Of a stretch of DNA of 64,000 nucleotides, positions 10,796 through 21,090 are shown one piece after another (positions within the stretch are counted from its first letter, which is position 1; each line of letters opens with the position of its first letter). The position numbers and the translations under genes are program-made. The notes below the pieces were generated by a model. The model ran no database searches and was not told the DNA's origin. It saw only the letters and a program-made list of their open reading frames with translations. Source of the stretch: a virus; IMG/VR virus record IMGVR_UViG_3300044846_005309, positions 55,784 to 119,783 of that record; one strand, 5' to 3'.

Positions 10796-11354
10796 TTACA
10801 AAGCATGTATTTGTGGTGCGCATTCTCAAGGTAAAACTACATTAGTTAATGCTCTTAAAAAAGAAACTTTTTTAACGAGTGAATGTCATTTTTCCTTTCG
10901 TACCAATCTTACAAGGGGTTTGAAAGACTTAAACATACCTATTAATGAGAACGGCACGTCTTTGACACAATACTTAGTCATGGCAAGGCATTTAGAATAT
11001 GCTACTGCTCCAGGTAATTGGATTTTAGATCGCGGAGCTTTAGATGGCATTGCTTATACGGGGTATTTTTACGAAAAAGAACAAGTAAAAAAGGAAGTAT
11101 ATGAAGCTGCTGTAGAAATATATAGAGATGTAATTAAGTTGTATGACAAGATTTTTTATATTGTACCTGAGTTAAATCTAGAAGATGATGGGGTACGTAG
11201 TACAAATAAAGAGTTTTTTGAAAGCGTGGTTAAGCAGTTTGAGTTCTACGTTAAGCATAACTCTATGCCTTCTGACAAATTTAAATTCGTTATGGGCTCT
11301 AAACAAGAGCGAGTAGAAACTGTAATTAATGAAATTAAAAAAGACTTTCAATGA
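10785..11354 (+). CDS. P-loop nucleotide kinase-like protein (AAA_28/dNMP-kinase-like)
   Basis: GAHSQGKTT Walker A, LDRGALD, EDDGVR. Confidence 0.75.
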   Translation: MRNNYKACICGAHSQGKTTLVNALKKETFLTSECHFSFRTNLTRGLKDLNIPINENGTSLTQYLVMARHLEYATAPGNWILDRGALDGIAYTGYFYEKEQVKKEVYEAAVEIYRDVIKLYDKIFYIVPELNLEDDGVRSTNKEFFESVVKQFEFYVKHNSMPSDKFKFVMGSKQERVETVINEIKKDFQ

Positions 11355-12277
11355 ATACTAATAATATCGATAAAGTACTCGGTCAAAGAGTAGATTCTCC
11401 TACTACCTATACGCCCGATATTCTCGTACGAGAAGAGCGTCAACGTAACCGTACATATCTTAATATCCAGAATCAAAACCTGCCATTCGTGGGTTATGAT
11501 ATATGGAATGGTTATGAGTGTAGTGCAATGACTGAAAACGGATTGCCTGTCGCGTGCGTAGCTAAAGTTGTTTATACTGCAACTAATCCTTATATCGTCG
11601 AATCTAAGTCAATGAAGCTATATTGGAACGGTTTTAACATGCAGCCTATGGGTAAAACTGTAAAGGAAGTTCTTAAAAATATTAAGACTACTGCAGAAAA
11701 AGATCTTAGCGCTCTTCTAGAGACTGACGTAAAAGTCCAGTTGTTCTCTCAAGTACTCAACGATAATATTACTGAAGATTACGTATCATCTAGAGCTCGC
11801 TGGGAAATTAAATATACCAACGACTGTTGGGGTACTCTTGAAACTCTGCCCGGCGCGGATAAAATTAAGTTTGAGGTTTTTAACGAAGATTCTAACTTAC
11901 TTGAAGTTTACTCTGAGGAAAAAGAAGGGTTCGATTATTTTAGAAGCTCCTTACTTCGCTCTAATTGCAAGATTACTAAGCAGCCTGACTCAGGAGACAT
12001 TTATATCTATTATAAGGGTAATTACAAGATAACCCCTTACTCTCTTCTTAAGTGGATCGTTTCATTTCGGAATGAATGTCACTTTCACGAAGAAATTTGT
12101 GAAGCAGCGTATAAGCGTCTCTGGGATGTATTGCACCCTAAGGAACTTCTTGTAACTTGTTTCTATGCCCGGCGTGGTGGTTGGGATATTGTACCGACTC
12201 GTGCTAATAAAAAGAGTCTGCTTGATAAAGACCTTATTAACCCCAAGTCTCCTTATTTTAAGTTCCCTCGTCAATAA
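11351..12277 (+). CDS. queF: 7-cyano-7-deazaguanine (preQ0) reductase QueF
   Basis: QueF motif VESKSMKLYWN, catalytic SNCKITKQPD, FHEEICE, YARRGG. Confidence 0.9.
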   Translation: MNTNNIDKVLGQRVDSPTTYTPDILVREERQRNRTYLNIQNQNLPFVGYDIWNGYECSAMTENGLPVACVAKVVYTATNPYIVESKSMKLYWNGFNMQPMGKTVKEVLKNIKTTAEKDLSALLETDVKVQLFSQVLNDNITEDYVSSRARWEIKYTNDCWGTLETLPGADKIKFEVFNEDSNLLEVYSEEKEGFDYFRSSLLRSNCKITKQPDSGDIYIYYKGNYKITPYSLLKWIVSFRNECHFHEEICEAAYKRLWDVLHPKELLVTCFYARRGGWDIVPTRANKKSLLDKDLINPKSPYFKFPRQ

Positions 12278-12312
12278 CTTGATATTAACTAAAAACACTA
12301 TAATATAACTAT

Positions 12313-12660
12313 ATGGACAATAAAATCATTGTATTTCTTGATAATATTCAGCGTACTATCGTAGCCACGCTTGTATCTGATAATGGTACTAGTATTACCG
12401 TTACTAAGCCTGCTATTCTTAATGTGAGCCCTACCCCTGAAAAGAAGCTCCAGGTGCAGCTGTATCCAGTTATCTTTAGAGAGTTTCTGAAGGATAGAGA
12501 TGTTTTTCCTACCTGGACTTACAGCAAGACTGCGGTTACTACAACCGACAGCCTAGATCTCGAGCCTAACTTGATTCTTCAGTATAATGAGATGTTTAAG
12601 GTAGTTAAGAACGAGCCTGCTCCTACTATCAAGCTGTTCGACGCAGACGAGAACAACTAA
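12313..12660 (+). CDS. hypothetical protein
   Basis: Clean ORF ending 1 nt before uvsX. Confidence 0.6.
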   Translation: MDNKIIVFLDNIQRTIVATLVSDNGTSITVTKPAILNVSPTPEKKLQVQLYPVIFREFLKDRDVFPTWTYSKTAVTTTDSLDLEPNLILQYNEMFKVVKNEPAPTIKLFDADENN

Positions 12661-12661
12661 T

Positions 12662-13798
12662 ATGGCTCGTAAAAGCAATAACGAAGAAACCAAGGTCTCC
12701 AGCCTCAAGGACATCTTTGAGGCTGTAGATGCTTTAAATGCTGATGCATCTTTACTTTCAGAAGAAAATTCTCTATCTATTGTTAATGATTGGATAGACA
12801 CCGGTTCATATGCTCTCAATGCTATATTTTCTGGCTCACTCTACGGCGGAGTACCTGTCGGTCGTATTACTGGGTTTTCTGGCCCTTCTGGGGCTGGAAA
12901 GACACTTATCATTAACAAAATCATCGCTAATGCTCAAAAGAAGGGCTATTTTGCGGCTATATGGGATACCGAAGCAGCTGTCGATCGTCAATCTGCTGAA
13001 GGTGTTGGTATTGACGCTAAAAGAGTCAAGTATTATCCTGTTGAAACCGTAGAAGATTGTCGCAACCAAATTGCGACTTTTCTAGATAAAATCATTGCTG
13101 CAAAAGATCCTAATCTCAAAGTTATTATTGCTATTGATAGTCTAGGTAATCTTGCCAGCGCTAAAGAGCTACGAGATGTAACTGAAGGTAAGGACGCAGC
13201 AGATATGGGCACAAAGGCAAAAGCGATGAAATCTATGATGCGCGCTCTTACCTTTAAAGCAGCTAAGGCACGCGTGCCTATTCTGTTTACTAATCATATC
13301 TACGATAATCCTACATCTATGTACCCTGAACTAGTTAAAAAACAGTCTGGTGGTTCAGGTCCAGTCTATCTTGCATCTCTTCTTGTACAGTTAGCCACAC
13401 GTAATGAAAAGATTGATAAGAACGAAGATCAGGAAGCTATCGGAGTTGCACATAATGTTAGTGGTGTAACGCTATCAGCAATGACAGTAAAGAACCGATT
13501 CGTGCCTCCCTTTCTCAAGGCTGAACTTTATAACAATTTCCGTACCGGCCTATCCCGTTATGCAGGATTGGCTGATATGGCGATTGCTATGGGAGTCGTG
13601 ACCGGAGATAAAACCTATACTCTAGGTACTGATAAGATCGGTTATAGAAAAAACTGGGAAAACGACACAGAGTTTTGGGACAAAAAAGCGCTACCTCTCC
13701 TTGAAAAAGCTTTCAAGGAGAAAGTTTGCTACGGTAACGCTGCTATTGACAGTACGGACGAAACGTTAGAAGCGGAACCAGAAGAAACAAATACCTAA
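12662..13798 (+). CDS. uvsX: UvsX/RecA-like recombinase
   Basis: IDTGSYALN, GPSGAGKT, DTEAA, IDSLGNL, FTNHIY, SGGSG, KNRF. Confidence 0.92.
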   Translation: MARKSNNEETKVSSLKDIFEAVDALNADASLLSEENSLSIVNDWIDTGSYALNAIFSGSLYGGVPVGRITGFSGPSGAGKTLIINKIIANAQKKGYFAAIWDTEAAVDRQSAEGVGIDAKRVKYYPVETVEDCRNQIATFLDKIIAAKDPNLKVIIAIDSLGNLASAKELRDVTEGKDAADMGTKAKAMKSMMRALTFKAAKARVPILFTNHIYDNPTSMYPELVKKQSGGSGPVYLASLLVQLATRNEKIDKNEDQEAIGVAHNVSGVTLSAMTVKNRFVPPFLKAELYNNFRTGLSRYAGLADMAIAMGVVTGDKTYTLGTDKIGYRKNWENDTEFWDKKALPLLEKAFKEKVCYGNAAIDSTDETLEAEPEETNT

Positions 13799-13801
13799 AA
13801 T

Positions 13802-13829
13802 AAAAGCTAAGGGCAACCTTAGCTTTTTT
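13802..13829 (+). terminator. intrinsic terminator after uvsX
   Basis: AAAAGCTAAGG-GCAA-CCTTAGCTTTTTT hairpin with U-tract. Confidence 0.8.
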
Positions 13830-13852
13830 AGTTTATACACTATAATAATGCT

Positions 13853-15196
13853 ATGAAGAAAGAAACCCTTCGAGTTAATACTGATTTCTTTGAGAACATC
13901 GTGGCATGTCAGTGTTTAACTAATTCGTACTATGCATCTTTAGTTTTTGACCATCTTAACCCAGAAAATTTTAAAAACGCGGGTAACAAACTAGTAATTA
14001 CTATTATTAAAGATTTTTTCGGTAAACGTAGAACTTTACCTACTCTTACCGAAATTAAGACTTATCTATCAAAGCAGGAAGACCTTAAACTTTTTAAAGA
14101 AACGGTAACTACCTATAAGCAATACGACACTAATGTCAATATTGACGAGCTTATTGCTAATACTGAAATTTTCTTTAAAGAAAGAGCGGTTTATAATACA
14201 GTACTTAAAATAGTAGATGATGTTACTAATGAACGTTCAGACTATGGTAAATTCTTAAGCTGGTTTGAACGAGCCTGTAATATTACTCTAGTAAATGATA
14301 TTGGGCTAGATTTTTACGGAGATTACGAAAGAGTAATCAGAGAGCTGAGTGTACAAAACGAAGTAATACCAACAGGCTGGAACTTTATAGACAGTAAAAT
14401 CGGAGGAGGGCTAATGAAGAACGGACGCGCTCTTTATTTATTTCTTGGTCCTACCAACGTAGGTAAGAGTATATTTTTAGGTAATGTAGCTAGTAATATG
14501 GCTCAAAGAGGTCTTACTACCGTGCTTATTTCCCTTGAAATGCCTGAAATGATGTATGCAAAAAGAATTAGTAGCCACCTTTCAAAAATACCAATTAATA
14601 ATATACAAGAGCAGACTTCTTCACTAGAAACCTTCTTTAAAGAGAACGTAGAGACTCATAAACGTAAGCTTATTATTAAAGAGTTTCCGCCTAAAAGCGT
14701 TACAGTCGGAGGTATTAAAGCATATATAGAGTCTCTTGTAAAAGCAGGTATAAAGCCTGAGGTGTTAGTAATTGATTATTTGGGTCTTATCAAATCCAAT
14801 GACGGAGATAATTCATACTCGCAAGGTAAAGCTGCAGCAGAAGAGCTTAGAGCATTGTCATATTATTTTAATATGCCAGTAGTAAGCGCTATACAGACTA
14901 ACAGAGAAGGTATGGAGAATCCAAGCCTAGATACAGTGTCAGAGTCTTTAGGTGTAGCATTTACTGCAGATGTGGTGTGGTCTATTCATCAAGAAGAAGG
15001 AGATCAAGAACTGGGCATAATTAAAGTCGGAGGTATTAAGAACCGTTTAGGACCTAAACATGGGGCCACAGCAATGCGTATTGATTATACTACTCTTTCG
15101 CTTTCTGAAGAAAAAGATTATATAGGATTAACCAAGAACGGGGAAGATTCTAATGAAATATCTAATTTAGAAGCAAAACTGGAAAAACTTTCGTAA
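13853..15196 (+). CDS. replicative DNA helicase (T4 gp41/DnaB-like)
   Basis: IPTGW, GPTNVGKS, ISLEM, IDYLGLI, SAIQTNREG, KNRLG. Confidence 0.92.
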   Translation: MKKETLRVNTDFFENIVACQCLTNSYYASLVFDHLNPENFKNAGNKLVITIIKDFFGKRRTLPTLTEIKTYLSKQEDLKLFKETVTTYKQYDTNVNIDELIANTEIFFKERAVYNTVLKIVDDVTNERSDYGKFLSWFERACNITLVNDIGLDFYGDYERVIRELSVQNEVIPTGWNFIDSKIGGGLMKNGRALYLFLGPTNVGKSIFLGNVASNMAQRGLTTVLISLEMPEMMYAKRISSHLSKIPINNIQEQTSSLETFFKENVETHKRKLIIKEFPPKSVTVGGIKAYIESLVKAGIKPEVLVIDYLGLIKSNDGDNSYSQGKAAAEELRALSYYFNMPVVSAIQTNREGMENPSLDTVSESLGVAFTADVVWSIHQEEGDQELGIIKVGGIKNRLGPKHGATAMRIDYTTLSLSEEKDYIGLTKNGEDSNEISNLEAKLEKLS

Positions 15197-15212
15197 CTAG
15201 CTAAATAGACAA

Positions 15213-16124
15213 GTGGATCCAAAGAAGATATTTGTTTTTACAGACTCCGACTTAGACGGAGCGGCCAGTCTTTTAACCTTACACTGGGCTCTAAAAGCCA
15301 ACCCTGGCGATATAAAATTCCATACAGTTACAGTTTCAAATTTTAGAAAAGAATTTTTACTTTGGGCAGCAGAGAACAGTATAGAGAACTACGATGCGGT
15401 ATATTTTTTGGATCTAGATACAAGTACAAGTTTTGACTTAATTGATAGCAAAAAGTCTATTATTATAGATCACCACGAAACACACGATACAAGCAAATAT
15501 AAAAATGCTACAACTAATGTTGTGGTTACGTCCTCTTGTGCGAAGTTACTCTATTTACATTTTAAAGACAAACTAACGTCTTTAAATAACGAGCAAAAAT
15601 ATTTAATAGCGTTAGCTAATGACTATGACAGTTATGCCTTTAAACTGCCTGAGTCATATAATCTTAACTGTGCCTTTTCAAACTCTCAAAAAACACTAGG
15701 TAAGAACAAGACCTACAAATTTTTAGAACGTTTTTATAATGGTTTTACCGGGTTTACCTCATTAGAAAACAATATTATAAAAGAATATGTAACCGGTAGA
15801 GATGCAGCTATATCTACTTTACAAATCTATTCAGGCAATGTACCTATAAGCAAGCAAAACTTACAGATTACCGGGACAATGGGTACCAAATATATAAACG
15901 ATATTTGCGACCATCTTCTTAAAACTTATAATTCAGATATCGTATTTTTTGTTAACACAAATAGTTCTCACGTTTCTTTTAGAAAAAAGAAAACTTGTAA
16001 TGTAAATTTAGCTAAACTAGCTGAGTTTTTATGTGGTGGTGGCGGCCACGAATACGCAGCTGGTGGAAAGATCACGGAAAAATTTATGAATTTTTCTAAA
16101 CAATTGTCCCTAATTACAGCTTAA
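15213..16124 (+). CDS. DHH/DHHA1 phosphoesterase
   Basis: DSDLDG, IIDHH, GGGGHEYAAG. Confidence 0.85.
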   Translation: MDPKKIFVFTDSDLDGAASLLTLHWALKANPGDIKFHTVTVSNFRKEFLLWAAENSIENYDAVYFLDLDTSTSFDLIDSKKSIIIDHHETHDTSKYKNATTNVVVTSSCAKLLYLHFKDKLTSLNNEQKYLIALANDYDSYAFKLPESYNLNCAFSNSQKTLGKNKTYKFLERFYNGFTGFTSLENNIIKEYVTGRDAAISTLQIYSGNVPISKQNLQITGTMGTKYINDICDHLLKTYNSDIVFFVNTNSSHVSFRKKKTCNVNLAKLAEFLCGGGGHEYAAGGKITEKFMNFSKQLSLITA

Positions 16125-16125
16125 C

Positions 16126-16422
16126 ATGTCTGGAGTAATTGGAGCATTAGAACAAGCTGTTGTAGATAATCCTTTAGATAGTCTAACTAAGGATGAAACA
16201 GAATATGAAATTTTAAAATTTTGTTCTTTTTGCTCTATATTGCATAACAAAAAATTAAACAACGTCACCGTGTTCACTCTTATTGTCAAGAACAATATCT
16301 ACAAAAAGATATTCATGAAACTAATACAAGTTGACAATGAAAAAGAAGCGTTTATTGTGTTTTTAAAGTATAATTCAAATTTATGCCGTAGCAAAGTTGT
16401 ACGAGAGGTATTAAAATCATGA
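16126..16422 (+). CDS. hypothetical protein
   Basis: ORF tightly packed in the operon. Confidence 0.55.
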   Translation: MSGVIGALEQAVVDNPLDSLTKDETEYEILKFCSFCSILHNKKLNNVTVFTLIVKNNIYKKIFMKLIQVDNEKEAFIVFLKYNSNLCRSKVVREVLKS

Positions 16423-16428
16423 AGGCTA

Positions 16429-17070
16429 ATGAACGCACCTTACATTTACAATACCTACTTAAGCGTATCGCGAGGGCTTCAGAACAAGCCATGGCGTGCT
16501 CGTAAAGATTTTGACGGGTTTGATATTACAATCGACGGAGTAGCTTGTAAAAAATTAGAACTTTTTTTCAAGAAATTTCCGCAGATAGACGTAAAAGAGT
16601 TTTTTAATGCTCCTTATCTCATCTATAAAGACGAGCAGCATTTTCCTTTAAAATTTTACACAACCCAGAAAGCAATCGCGGTATATTCAGCAGTACAAAA
16701 GCAAAAATTAGAAGAATCCCCTGACACTCAAAATCAGATTGATAATATTAAGAAAAGCCTCAAACATATTGGGTTGACATGTTTAGAGCGTAAAATAGCC
16801 TTCGATAGATACTGCTTCGAGAAAAACGGATACACGTATACCCCGATTATTGATTACAGTAATAAACTAATTAACATTTACGTACTGATTAAGTTGCCTT
16901 CTTTCGATAGTATGATAAACTCTTTTAACCTTCAAGATAAGGAGCTTTACCTAAAAAACATACACAATAGCATTGGTAAGTTTAAACTGCGATTGAATAT
17001 GTCTACTAGAGCAAAGAACCTAATTGACGAAGGTTTCAAAATACTAACCAAAAATACTCAAAATTACTAA
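16429..17070 (+). CDS. hypothetical protein (size and position resemble T4 gp59 helicase loader)
   Basis: Immediately upstream of the gp32-like gene; function inferred from synteny only. Confidence 0.35.
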   Translation: MNAPYIYNTYLSVSRGLQNKPWRARKDFDGFDITIDGVACKKLELFFKKFPQIDVKEFFNAPYLIYKDEQHFPLKFYTTQKAIAVYSAVQKQKLEESPDTQNQIDNIKKSLKHIGLTCLERKIAFDRYCFEKNGYTYTPIIDYSNKLINIYVLIKLPSFDSMINSFNLQDKELYLKNIHNSIGKFKLRLNMSTRAKNLIDEGFKILTKNTQNY

Positions 17071-17072
17071 TT

Positions 17073-18017
17073 ATGAAACCTACATTTAATACCAATATGT
17101 TCGAAAGCATTAAGAGCGCGCTCGAAAATGCTAAAAATAAGCAAGGAGACGGCGCTAGTTATAAGAATATTCTGCAAATTGCAGCACCTGCTACTTACGT
17201 GGTGCGTTTGCTTCCTAACGTTAAGAACCCTGCTGAGACGTTTTTGCATTATTATCATCACGGCTGGAATAGTATCTCCACTGGCAAGTACTTTAGTGTA
17301 ACTTCTCCGTCGACTTGGGGAGAGCGGTGCCCTGTAAGCGAGCTTTACTTTAAGATCCTTCGCGAGGGCAGTGATGAAGAGAAGAACCGTGCTAAGGAAC
17401 ATCTTAAGCGTAAGGAAAACTGGATGGTTAATGTTTATGTTGTAAGCGATCCCAAAAACCCTGATAATAATGGTACTGTTAAGGTTCTTCGTTATGGCCG
17501 CCAACTCAATAAGATTATTGAAGCGGCTATCAATGGAGATGATGCGGCGGAGTACGGCGCTAAGATTTTTGATCTTAGCGAGAATGGATGCAGTCTACGT
17601 ATTAAAGCTGAGCTTGTTTCGGACAAGCCAGGTGCCCCTAAGTACCCTACGTATACCGCGTCTAAGTTTCTTAGCCCTGCTGCTATCGATGGTATTGATG
17701 AAGACAAGATCAATGAGGTCTATAATAACATCTACGATCTACAGACCTTTTTGGATCACAAATCAGCTGATGAGTTGAAAGAGGTTATTAATGTACACTT
17801 CTACGGTCAGGAGGCTGCTGCAGCGGCACCAGCGCCTGAGGTTAAGGCTACAGAAGACGTAGAGGAAGATGTCCCTTATGAAGCTCCTAAGCCTGTTGTT
17901 AAGCCTGTAGCAGCTACTCCCAGTCCAGTTAAGGCTGCCCCTAAGACTGAAGTAAAGAGCACTAAGTCGAATGATGAAGCAGTAATGGCTATTCTCAACG
18001 GCTTGGAAGATCTTTAA
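17073..18017 (+). CDS. single-stranded DNA-binding protein (T4 gp32-like)
   Basis: VRLLP, CPVSE, NVYVVSDPKNPDNNGTVK, YTASKF, acidic flexible C-terminus. Confidence 0.88.
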   Translation: MKPTFNTNMFESIKSALENAKNKQGDGASYKNILQIAAPATYVVRLLPNVKNPAETFLHYYHHGWNSISTGKYFSVTSPSTWGERCPVSELYFKILREGSDEEKNRAKEHLKRKENWMVNVYVVSDPKNPDNNGTVKVLRYGRQLNKIIEAAINGDDAAEYGAKIFDLSENGCSLRIKAELVSDKPGAPKYPTYTASKFLSPAAIDGIDEDKINEVYNNIYDLQTFLDHKSADELKEVINVHFYGQEAAAAAPAPEVKATEDVEEDVPYEAPKPVVKPVAATPSPVKAAPKTEVKSTKSNDEAVMAILNGLEDL

Positions 18018-18020
18018 GAT

Positions 18021-18548
18021 ATGACTGAACAGCAAAGAAGAGAACAAATTATGAAAATGAGGCAGCAGGCGCAAGGGCCTGCTGCGCCCTCTCTTTCTGA
18101 TGCTGATGCTATGAAAATGGCAGGCAGCACCAACGGGCTCACGCAAGAGCAAATGATTGCTATTGCTATGTTTGGCAAAGTGGTGCAAAATGATGTAAAC
18201 ACAATTAAAAAAGCTGGATTGGGTGATATGAAAGTCAGTGATGTGGATATGTCTAAAGTCATGCCTTCAGGTATTGCTAAAGCTGCCGGTATGGTTATTC
18301 CTCAAATACCGGCAGCTATGCCTGTTAATCCGCCTGTAGTACCAGTAATGCCGCAAATGGCTTTACCTTTAGTGAGTCAGCCTGTTGCAGCTAATTCCGA
18401 CTCTCAATTAGAGTTTAATTTTGACAAAAAAGCTCGTTACGAAGATATTATTGAACATATTGAAAAACTAGAAAAAAAGCTTATTATGGTTAATGAAAAG
18501 CTTGATCTTCTTCTAGAAGATAAAAAAAAATTAGTAACGAACCCATAA
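18021..18548 (+). CDS. hypothetical protein
   Basis: Pro/Met-rich ORF with C-terminal coiled coil, in operon. Confidence 0.55.
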   Translation: MTEQQRREQIMKMRQQAQGPAAPSLSDADAMKMAGSTNGLTQEQMIAIAMFGKVVQNDVNTIKKAGLGDMKVSDVDMSKVMPSGIAKAAGMVIPQIPAAMPVNPPVVPVMPQMALPLVSQPVAANSDSQLEFNFDKKARYEDIIEHIEKLEKKLIMVNEKLDLLLEDKKKLVTNP

Positions 18549-18549
18549 T

Positions 18550-19284
18550 ATGGAACTTAAACTGGTTAAGAAAGATTTTGCAGATAACTTCTTAAATGTT
18601 ATTAGCAAAACAGTCGACATTGCTTCTATTAAAGCAAATTCAAACGGTATTTATACGGTTTGTAATAAACCCGATACTAGTATTATCCTTCTTGGCAAAT
18701 ACAATACTCCCTTAGATCTTACTGAAGAGGTTACTCTTAATATAGGAGATATTAAAAAACTATTAAGAGTGGTAGATTGTATTGAAGACGAAAATGTTGT
18801 ATTTAAGATTAATAGTAATAATCTTACCTACAAATCCCCCAGTGTCCAGTTTAAGTACCACTTTTTAGATGATTCTATTGTACCTAAAGTTTCTCTTAAA
18901 AAAGAGAAAATAGAAAATCTAGAGCTTGATACTTTCTTTGATCTTGACTATAAAAAGTTTCAAGAGATTCTTAAGGCTAGTTCATTTACTACTGATACTA
19001 ATAAAATTTATATTTTCGGTCAACCTGATGGTTGCTATTGCGAACTAGGAGACAAAGAAAAAAGCAATACCGATAGCATTGTACTTAAGATTTGTGATAC
19101 AATAGAAGGACAGCCTTTGTCTCACGTAATACCGTTTAATCTTGATATTTTTAGAGTGATATCTGGTATACGCTTCGAGAGAGCGCGTATCGGTATTAAT
19201 CTTAAGTTTAAAGTGCTTTCTTTTTTTATTAAACCAACTAACGAGACAGAATTTAAATTTATTATTTCGGGTCTAGTTAAGTAA
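18550..19284 (+). CDS. sliding clamp (T4 gp45-like)
   Basis: About 240 aa with a two-repeat beta/alpha pattern (FKYHFLDD, ILKASS), in the replication block. Confidence 0.65.
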   Translation: MELKLVKKDFADNFLNVISKTVDIASIKANSNGIYTVCNKPDTSIILLGKYNTPLDLTEEVTLNIGDIKKLLRVVDCIEDENVVFKINSNNLTYKSPSVQFKYHFLDDSIVPKVSLKKEKIENLELDTFFDLDYKKFQEILKASSFTTDTNKIYIFGQPDGCYCELGDKEKSNTDSIVLKICDTIEGQPLSHVIPFNLDIFRVISGIRFERARIGINLKFKVLSFFIKPTNETEFKFIISGLVK

Positions 19285-19622
19285 TGGCTAATAAAATTAC
19301 AACACAGAGTTATTTTATAAAACGACTTAAAGATAGCGGTTATGTCGTTTATAAAATATTTGACGAGTATAATGAAGCTGATCCCCGCTCGTGGACTGTT
19401 ATGATTGATCCAGGTAATGCATCTATTTTTTGTACTTGTTACGTGAACGATCAATCTATGTTTGGAGAGACTTATTTTGAAATCTACGATGGTGGTCAAT
19501 ATATACCTGAAAAGTTTAAGTTGAAGACAGATTCAATTGAGGTTATAATAAGCTATTTAGTTAAACATGGAATCAATAACAAATCAGACAACTACAACAG
19601 CAAGTCGAATTCAAACATATAA
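19284..19622 (+). CDS. hypothetical protein
   Basis: ORF coupled (TAATG) to the clamp gene. Confidence 0.6.
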   Translation: MANKITTQSYFIKRLKDSGYVVYKIFDEYNEADPRSWTVMIDPGNASIFCTCYVNDQSMFGETYFEIYDGGQYIPEKFKLKTDSIEVIISYLVKHGINNKSDNYNSKSNSNI

Positions 19623-19632
19623 TTTTACCAAT

Positions 19633-20295
19633 ATGAGCAAAAACGGTCTACAACACCCCCTTCTGCCTACTGCTAATAGTAGTATGCTTGTTAGTGATAG
19701 CGAGAAGAAGGAGATTATTGAAAAAGCGGCTATAGCTTATGAAGGCTTTCTTGATGCTCTACGCATAGACTGGCGCAACGATGTAAATAGTGCGGACACA
19801 CCTCGTCGTGTCGCTAAGTCTTATGTTTGCGATCTTATTAAGGGCTGCTATGAAGGACCCCCTAAGATCACTACATTTCCTTCTGATGGATATGACGGTA
19901 TTGTAAGTCAAATGAATATCCCGGTTACGTCTATGTGCTCTCATCACCATCTTGCTTTTACTGGTGTAGCGCATGTTGCTTATATCCCTGATAAAAACGG
20001 TCAAGTTATTGGACTTTCTAAATTAAATCGCATTGTTGAACATTATGCACGTAGGCCTCAAATACAAGAAGGACTGACAGTGCAGGTACATAATGCTATT
20101 AATGAACTCTGTAAGGGTAACCAAGGGGTTGCCGTTGTTCTTAAGTGTGCACATACTTGCGCATGCCATCGCGGTGTAAAACATCACGGTTGTTCTATGA
20201 TCACTTCGAAGCTTTCCGGTAGTTTTATGAACGAAGGGGCAGCTCGCAAAGAGTTTTACGATTTTATTGCTTCTGCAGAGCGTAGCAGTAAATAA
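19633..20295 (+). CDS. folE: GTP cyclohydrolase I
   Basis: DTPRRVAK, SMCSHH, GLSKLNR, RRPQIQE, HTCACHRG; start at MSKNG chosen. Confidence 0.93.
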   Translation: MSKNGLQHPLLPTANSSMLVSDSEKKEIIEKAAIAYEGFLDALRIDWRNDVNSADTPRRVAKSYVCDLIKGCYEGPPKITTFPSDGYDGIVSQMNIPVTSMCSHHHLAFTGVAHVAYIPDKNGQVIGLSKLNRIVEHYARRPQIQEGLTVQVHNAINELCKGNQGVAVVLKCAHTCACHRGVKHHGCSMITSKLSGSFMNEGAARKEFYDFIASAERSSK

Positions 20296-20300
20296 TATAA

Positions 20301-20759
20301 ATGGCTGATACAAATAAAGAAGCAGCTAAGCAAAAAAGCAAAAAACAGTCTAAGAAAAAGACTGTTACTACAAGTATAGCTCAAACTTCAGAGGTAGTAG
20401 GGGGGTCTTCTTTGTCGACACAAAGTTCCCCTCTTACTGCTACTGGGTTAACTGATAACGATCAAAGACGCTTGCAAGAAATGGTAATGCTTGCAAATAT
20501 AGAGTATAATAAAATTAAAAACAAAATAATAAAAGAAAAACGACGGGAAATTGAGTCACTAGACGGCCAAATTAAAGAATTCTTAGGGCCTTACATGCTT
20601 ATTGGCTATGACTTAAATAATAACCCGGTTGAAATTGTATCAGCTAATACTGCCGCAGAAAACGACGCGTTGCTTGAACGTTTTAGAAGGGTAATGTTTA
20701 AGATCAATCAAAATATTACCAATTCCAATGGCGATGACCCGTTTGGCAACAGTAATTAA
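20301..20759 (+). CDS. hypothetical protein
   Basis: ORF in operon with basic, low-complexity N-terminus. Confidence 0.55.
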   Translation: MADTNKEAAKQKSKKQSKKKTVTTSIAQTSEVVGGSSLSTQSSPLTATGLTDNDQRRLQEMVMLANIEYNKIKNKIIKEKRREIESLDGQIKEFLGPYMLIGYDLNNNPVEIVSANTAAENDALLERFRRVMFKINQNITNSNGDDPFGNSN

Positions 20760-21090
20760 GCACTTAAAGCTCTTTTTCCTTCCAAAACACCGGTTTATAT
20801 ATGTAGTTTTGGAAGGAAGGCTTAAGGGAGAGTGGTTAGTTAAAGTAAAACAAGAAAAAGACTCGATTATTTTCTTCTCTTTACCCGATAAACATATAAG
20901 AACTGTAAAAAAAGCAGATTTTGACTGGGGTATTGCAAATAAAATACTAGAACCAGTTGACGTTTTGCCCAAAAGCGTGTACAATGTTTGTATAGCTGAG
21001 TATAACCATAAAAAAACCAATGTCGACCTCAACAATTCTACTAATCGATGGGAACAACACCTTGCACAGGACGCATTGGGTAGCAAATAA
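20728..21090 (+). CDS. hypothetical protein
   Basis: ORF overlapping both neighbours on the same strand. Confidence 0.5.
   Translation: MAMTRLATVIKHLKLFFLPKHRFIYVVLEGRLKGEWLVKVKQEKDSIIFFSLPDKHIRTVKKADFDWGIANKILEPVDVLPKSVYNVCIAEYNHKKTNVDLNNSTNRWEQHLAQDALGSK

Noticed and set aside
6609-15196. Inteins or introns in the polymerase, UvsX or helicase
   Set aside because: Proteins are of normal length with contiguous motifs
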